Source: an uncultured archaeon
GTDB lineage: Archaea; Altiarchaeota; Altiarchaeia; JAFGQM01
Assembly (NCBI GenBank): GCA_964619365.1
Contig: CAZUDQ010000004.1
Span: forward strand, 77,285-98,126
Reading direction: 5' to 3'
DNA: 20,842 nucleotides
The notes beneath the pieces were generated by a model that did no database searches, was not told the DNA's origin, and saw nothing but the letters and a program-made list of their open reading frames with translations. The translations under genes and the position numbers were made by a program. This document shows, piece after piece, positions 16,488 to 20,842 of the stretch. Numbering within the stretch: the stretch's first letter is position 1; each line of letters begins with the position of its first letter.

Positions 16488-16751
16488 ACTTTACTATAAC
16501 TCGCCTGAGTTCTATTAGGCATTTTGGCAAGAAAGTAATTTTTTGCCGCGCAGTCCCTTCTGCTACGGCGTAGTGATAACTCAAGACTGATTTCTATTTG
16601 TAACCTATTGTAATCTACCCCACACAGGAAGCTCCTTTATTTCTCCTCATTTTTTGTGACAGGATAACAACAAGTCATTAAAATATTTCTCTCCAGTTTC
16701 TTATAGCTGATAACTTTAATCGTTTTATCCTTTATCCCACAAATTATATCA

Positions 16752-17420
16752 ATGGTAAACCACGCCCGGTTCGTTGCTGAAAAAGCTTGGAAGAGCAAAA
16801 ATACAGGCAGATTTAAAATAAAGCATACTAATTTAAAGCAATCAAGGCATCCTGATGCAGCAAGGGTACCGATTAACCATTATATTGTTGTAAAAGACAA
16901 GAAGATGCTTGTTCTTAGAAAGAATGAACAAAAGGGCAGTAAAGGACATTTTGATATAGCGGTTTTCCCAAAACCAGAACACATGAACGCATTTGAGGAA
17001 GCTTCAGACGGTGTTGCAACACTTGGACCAGCATTTGATAACCCTGCCGCTGTCGGAACAGTTCGAATAAATGTTGGAGACACTGCCAGAATAGATTTTG
17101 CACAAGCCCATTTTAGGACAACAAAAAAGCTTTTTGGGAAAAAACCAACACTAAAACGAAGCCTCGCAACAAAGTATTACGGCTGGCGCAGGCGAGCCTT
17201 TGAAGAGGCACTTGATGTCATGAAAGAAAGTGGAAAGCCCATGAATGTCGCCAAATATGCTACTGATAATCGCGTTGGCCATGGCAATAATTTCTTTGAA
17301 GATTTAAGGTCAGCATGCGATAAAAAAGGCTTGGAATTAAAACGCAATATGATGGGTAATTATGACATTGTGAAAAAAGAACCCAAAATCAATACGGATG
17401 AGCATGATGTAATCATCTAG
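16752..17420 (+). CDS. Hypothetical basic protein, possible GNAT/VirK-like fold
   Basis: 222-aa Lys/Arg-rich ORF. AVGTVRINVG..ARIDFAQ...GWRRRAFEEALDVMKESG resembles the beta3-beta4-alpha3 pattern of GNAT-like folds (weak). Confidence 0.65.
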   Translation: MVNHARFVAEKAWKSKNTGRFKIKHTNLKQSRHPDAARVPINHYIVVKDKKMLVLRKNEQKGSKGHFDIAVFPKPEHMNAFEEASDGVATLGPAFDNPAAVGTVRINVGDTARIDFAQAHFRTTKKLFGKKPTLKRSLATKYYGWRRRAFEEALDVMKESGKPMNVAKYATDNRVGHGNNFFEDLRSACDKKGLELKRNMMGNYDIVKKEPKINTDEHDVII

Positions 17421-18294
17421 TCGTAACTTCACACCCGTCTGCAGTTACTATCAAAGTATGCTCAGCTTGCGATACAAGTCCGCCATCAATCTCGTGAAGA
17501 ACTGCGTATCCGTGAAGAGCGTCTCTTTTTGTAAGTTCGCGAAGAGCCATTGTGCGCTTTAGGCTATTTGTCCCTGCAAACCAGCGCTCTGGAAATGGCA
17601 AGCCCTGCCTTTCTTGGGCAAGAGCCATAATCTTGCGCCCTTCTATGAGGCGTATTGGAACACTTCTAATGAATGAGAATATCTCTGTGATGTTCCCTTC
17701 GATGACGCGCCCGCGCCCCGTTGTTGCAAAAGGTTCTATTGCAAAAGCTTGACCTTCTGTTAGCACTTTATCAAAAGTCACTTTGATGTTGGGTATTGCC
17801 ATCCCTGCATGAAGCTCATACTGTTTTAGTTCGTGACCAGTAAGGTTTTCAATAGGGTTAAACCCGCGGCTTCTTATCTCATCCTCAACTGTAGCTCCTA
17901 TATCTGAAACCGAAACGCCTGGTGCCACCATTGCAATCGCGGCGTCAAGTGCTGCCTTTGAAGCCTCGACAAGGTCTTCGTTTTCCCCTGAAAGGTCAAT
18001 AGTATAAGCAGTATCTGAGATGTAACCATCAACATGCGCGCCAAGGTCTATTGTCACAAGGTCATTTTCCCCTAAGGTTAGGGTATCGTTTTCCTTAGGC
18101 GTATAATGTGCCGCAACATCGTTTAAGGAAACATTGCACGGAAATGCGATTCCCGCACCATTATCCTTTATCCGCTCTTCAACGCTATTTGCAATATCAA
18201 GGGCCAATGCCCCCGGTTTTATGAGTCCTTTACTCCATTCCCTTACTTCAGAAGCTATTTTTCCGGCTTCTCTGTACTCATCAATACCTTCCAT
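17413..18294 (-). CDS. map: Type II methionyl aminopeptidase
   Basis: AFPCNVSLNDVAAHYTP, IDLGAHVDGYISDTA, NLTGHEL, AIEPFAT and VSQAEHT motifs, with the helical insert of type II enzymes. Confidence 0.97.
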   Translation of the reverse strand: MEGIDEYREAGKIASEVREWSKGLIKPGALALDIANSVEERIKDNGAGIAFPCNVSLNDVAAHYTPKENDTLTLGENDLVTIDLGAHVDGYISDTAYTIDLSGENEDLVEASKAALDAAIAMVAPGVSVSDIGATVEDEIRSRGFNPIENLTGHELKQYELHAGMAIPNIKVTFDKVLTEGQAFAIEPFATTGRGRVIEGNITEIFSFIRSVPIRLIEGRKIMALAQERQGLPFPERWFAGTNSLKRTMALRELTKRDALHGYAVLHEIDGGLVSQAEHTLIVTADGCEVTTR

Positions 18295-18334
18295 TTTTTG
18301 GTCTTTTTATATGATTCTTCCTTAAAATAGTAAA

Positions 18335-19234
18335 ATGGTCAAAAATCCCAAAGTAACTCTTGCCCCACATTATAAAATCTGGCTTTGCGTTATCATAATA
18401 AATTTTGCAATAGCTGTTTTTAGCCTGGGCATGCTTCTTGTAAATACGTATTACAGTACCTATGAGGAATTTGTTATGGTGGGGCTTCTTTTTGTCCTGA
18501 CAATATCTTTGGCCTACGGCATCTCAAAACCCGACGAAAAAATAATAACTTATGCTGCAATAGTCGAATTTATACTACTACTACTCCCACTCCTCTCCTT
18601 TGATGCCTGGGCAGGTTATCTCCCCTATTACTTGCCCGGCCTGATGGTGGTCTTATTCCCGATTCTATGGGTAATCCTTCCCATTGGAGTTATGCATCAA
18701 ATAAGCTCAAAAAAGGCAAAAAAGCGCTTTATGACAGCACTTGTTGCCATAATATTTTTGATAGGTGCATCATGGCTTGCGATAAGCCAAATGGCGCCAT
18801 ATGAAGCTGCGGAAGCATATTACGATGGAGTAGCTGTAATAAACTATGAGCATCTCGTAGGGGCCGACTGGACTATGTTTTTAGTGTTCTTCCTTCTTCT
18901 TTTGGCATCCCTTGCAATGTGGTTGTTTGAATATCAGCATATAACTGGCGGTCGTGATTATAACGTTGCCCCAGGCAAGCTCAACCGTATGCGTTACTAT
19001 ATCCCAGAACTCCTATTGACTGTTATTGTACTCTTCCTTTTTTTCTTAGGTTTTATTGTTCCCGCAATGTATACTCCTATGTGTGGGGACATGCTTTGCG
19101 ATGCCTCTGAAGATGCGTTTAGCTGCGCTTATGATTGTGGCTACTGTGGAGACGGATTCTGTGACGACTTGCTCGAGGAAGACAACCTGACATGCGCGGA
19201 TGATTGCATGTATGGATATGTCGTAAGCTATTGA
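18335..19234 (+). CDS. Multi-pass membrane protein with C-terminal CGDxxC...CxxDC disulfide motifs
   Basis: About 7 hydrophobic segments; CGDMLCDASEDAFSCAYDC and CGDGFCDDLLEEDNLTCADDC at the C-terminus. Confidence 0.75.
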   Translation: MVKNPKVTLAPHYKIWLCVIIINFAIAVFSLGMLLVNTYYSTYEEFVMVGLLFVLTISLAYGISKPDEKIITYAAIVEFILLLLPLLSFDAWAGYLPYYLPGLMVVLFPILWVILPIGVMHQISSKKAKKRFMTALVAIIFLIGASWLAISQMAPYEAAEAYYDGVAVINYEHLVGADWTMFLVFFLLLLASLAMWLFEYQHITGGRDYNVAPGKLNRMRYYIPELLLTVIVLFLFFLGFIVPAMYTPMCGDMLCDASEDAFSCAYDCGYCGDGFCDDLLEEDNLTCADDCMYGYVVSY

Positions 19235-19237
19235 GTA

Positions 19238-19924
19238 TTAGCAATCCTCAAGAATCTCTGCTATAACTCGTAAGTCGTTTATATCAAAGAAAGCTCGCCC
19301 GTCATCATTTTTTGGCACGACTTGTTCATATTTACCTCTAAGGAGCCTTATTGATTTCATCCCAGCCGAGTTTGCCCCCTTTATGTCAGTATCCGGTCTG
19401 TCACCGACGTAAGCACACTCTTTGGCGTTAAGCTTGAGTCTTCTTGCAGCTTCATGAAATATGTCTGGGTCTGGTTTAGCTAGTCCAACTTCCCCGGAAA
19501 TGACAACAGCATCAAAGTCCTTTTCAATGCCCATGCGGATTAGTTTTTCCCACTGCTTTATGGGCGCCCCATTTGAGATGATGCCTAATTTGTAGTCTTT
19601 TAGCCTTAGATTTTTTATTGCGTCTATCGCGTCAGGGTATGGTATAAGGAGTTCCCGCTTTTTTTCGTGGTAAGCACAGACTCCCGATGCGATAAGCTTT
19701 GAGGCGTCCCCTGAAGAATAGCTTTTTACAAGCTCATTGAAATGAACTGGACTATTGGGGCCTTCCTTAGACACGATTTGGCAAAGACGGGAATACGCAT
19801 CATCCAAATCGAGACAAAGGCCTTGGGCGCACATTGCAGAGATTGCAGCGCGGCGCGCTGCCTCAACCTGCCCTGCCGAATCATAAAGGACATTATCAAG
19901 GTCAAAAATCACAGCACGAATCAT
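19238..19924 (-). CDS. HAD-superfamily hydrolase (subfamily IA, TIGR02253-like)
   Basis: Motif I FDLDNVLYD, motif II ISNG, motif III KPDPDIF, motif IV VGDRPDTDIKGANSAG. Confidence 0.93.
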   Translation of the reverse strand: MIRAVIFDLDNVLYDSAGQVEAARRAAISAMCAQGLCLDLDDAYSRLCQIVSKEGPNSPVHFNELVKSYSSGDASKLIASGVCAYHEKKRELLIPYPDAIDAIKNLRLKDYKLGIISNGAPIKQWEKLIRMGIEKDFDAVVISGEVGLAKPDPDIFHEAARRLKLNAKECAYVGDRPDTDIKGANSAGMKSIRLLRGKYEQVVPKNDDGRAFFDINDLRVIAEILEDC

Positions 19925-20001
19925 TCTTGTTTAGGTTCTTTACGGCACTAAGCTAATAAAATTAGAGCTTTTATTCTTTTTACTTATAGATTTAATCTAA
20001 A

Positions 20002-20736
20002 ATGGAAAGAATACCGACTGGAGTAAAAGGACTTGATCCACTTATGAATGGTGGCTTTATTGCAGGAAGATCCGTTCTTATCGCAGGGTCGCCTGGAACC
20101 GGAAAAACAACCCTGGGTTTACAATTCATATGCGAAGGCGCGCTTAGAGGTGAGCCTGGTGTGGTACTTACTCTTGAAGAAGAACCCCAAACCTTCCGTG
20201 AGGACATGAAAGGGTATGGTTATGATATGGAAGAGCTTGAATCAAGAAATCTTGTAAGGATAATTGATGCCTCACTAATCCGATTAGGACTTCAAAGCAA
20301 CGAGAAGTTCTCGATTGCCCCCCAGGAGTTTGACATGAACCACATATTGACTCACGTCATAAAAGCCACAAGGGAAATTGGAGCAAAGCGCGTCCTTGTT
20401 GACTCGCTTCCGGCACTTGACCTTCTTTTTGAGGACTTGCACGCAGTGCGTTCAGAAATTCTCAAACTCAACTATCTCTTTAAGGCAAATGGCCTCACCA
20501 CAATGCTTATCTCGGAGATTTCAGAAGGCGATAAGAACTATTCCACCCATGGCGTCGAAGAGTTTGTTGTTGACGGCGTCATAACAATGCACTATCTTTC
20601 ATTAGGCAGCGAGTCTGGAAGAACTCTTGTCATCCGCAAGATGCGGGGGACTGCGCACTCTGAAGACATACACCCGCTTGAGTTTATAGATGGACAGGGA
20701 ATCGTTATAAAAAACATCTCTTCTGAAGAACTTTAG
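20002..20736 (+). CDS. KaiC/RAD55 family single-domain RecA-superfamily ATPase
   Basis: RIPTGVKGLD, Walker A GSPGTGKT, TLEE, Walker B VLVDS, EEFVVDGVI and RKMRGT.HS motifs. Confidence 0.93.
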   Translation: MERIPTGVKGLDPLMNGGFIAGRSVLIAGSPGTGKTTLGLQFICEGALRGEPGVVLTLEEEPQTFREDMKGYGYDMEELESRNLVRIIDASLIRLGLQSNEKFSIAPQEFDMNHILTHVIKATREIGAKRVLVDSLPALDLLFEDLHAVRSEILKLNYLFKANGLTTMLISEISEGDKNYSTHGVEEFVVDGVITMHYLSLGSESGRTLVIRKMRGTAHSEDIHPLEFIDGQGIVIKNISSEEL

Positions 20737-20802
20737 GCTTTTATAAAACTCACTTCAAATTCCTTTTGTTCCCCAGGAATGTAATTTTGATTTAATTTTG
20801 AA

Positions 20803-20842
20803 ATGGTTTCAGACATAAAGCGAGAAGTTGCGCGTTGCATCG
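20803..20842 (+). CDS. Possible start of a downstream gene (3'-partial), product unknown
   Basis: ATG at 20803, open to the window end (MVSDIKREVARCI) after an AT-rich spacer. Confidence 0.35.
   Translation, partial: MVSDIKREVARCI

Noticed and set aside
16313-16573. 86-aa ORF
   Set aside because: It overlaps the 5S rRNA gene and is spurious.
20002-20736. Circadian clock system
   Set aside because: Single-domain KaiC-like ATPases are widespread in archaea, and no kaiA/kaiB is present in the window.

Overview
Archaeal chromosomal window. Evidence for archaeal origin: type II MetAP, single-domain KaiC/RAD55 ATPase, split NOL1/NOP2 methyltransferase, class III signal-peptide pilins, archaeal-type 5S rRNA, and tRNAs without encoded CCA. 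The stand-alone 5S gene, Cys-repeat surface proteins and many basic orphans suggest a DPANN-type lineage (inference). Contents: the 3' part of a 26-aa Cys-repeat protein (true frame +1), tRNA-Phe(GAA), a transglutaminase-like membrane protein, a wHTH regulator, a type IV pilus locus (ATPase plus 4 pilins), a histone-H1-like basic protein, an m5C RNA methyltransferase pair, a surface transglutaminase, tRNA-Gly(GCC), xth, a large Cys/Asp-rich surface protein, amrS, 5S rRNA, map, a membrane protein, a HAD hydrolase and a KaiC-like ATPase. Most notable: (1) four dispersed, very basic orphan proteins (one kinase-like with DFG, one possibly GNAT/VirK-like), three of which share an upstream non-canonical promoter-position motif; (2) two tiny hairpin-containing inserts flanked by direct repeats, one at the tRNA-Gly 3' end and one between two convergent stop codons; (3) a probable decayed transposase fragment beside the 5S gene. 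All family assignments come from motif recognition by eye; no database searches were run.
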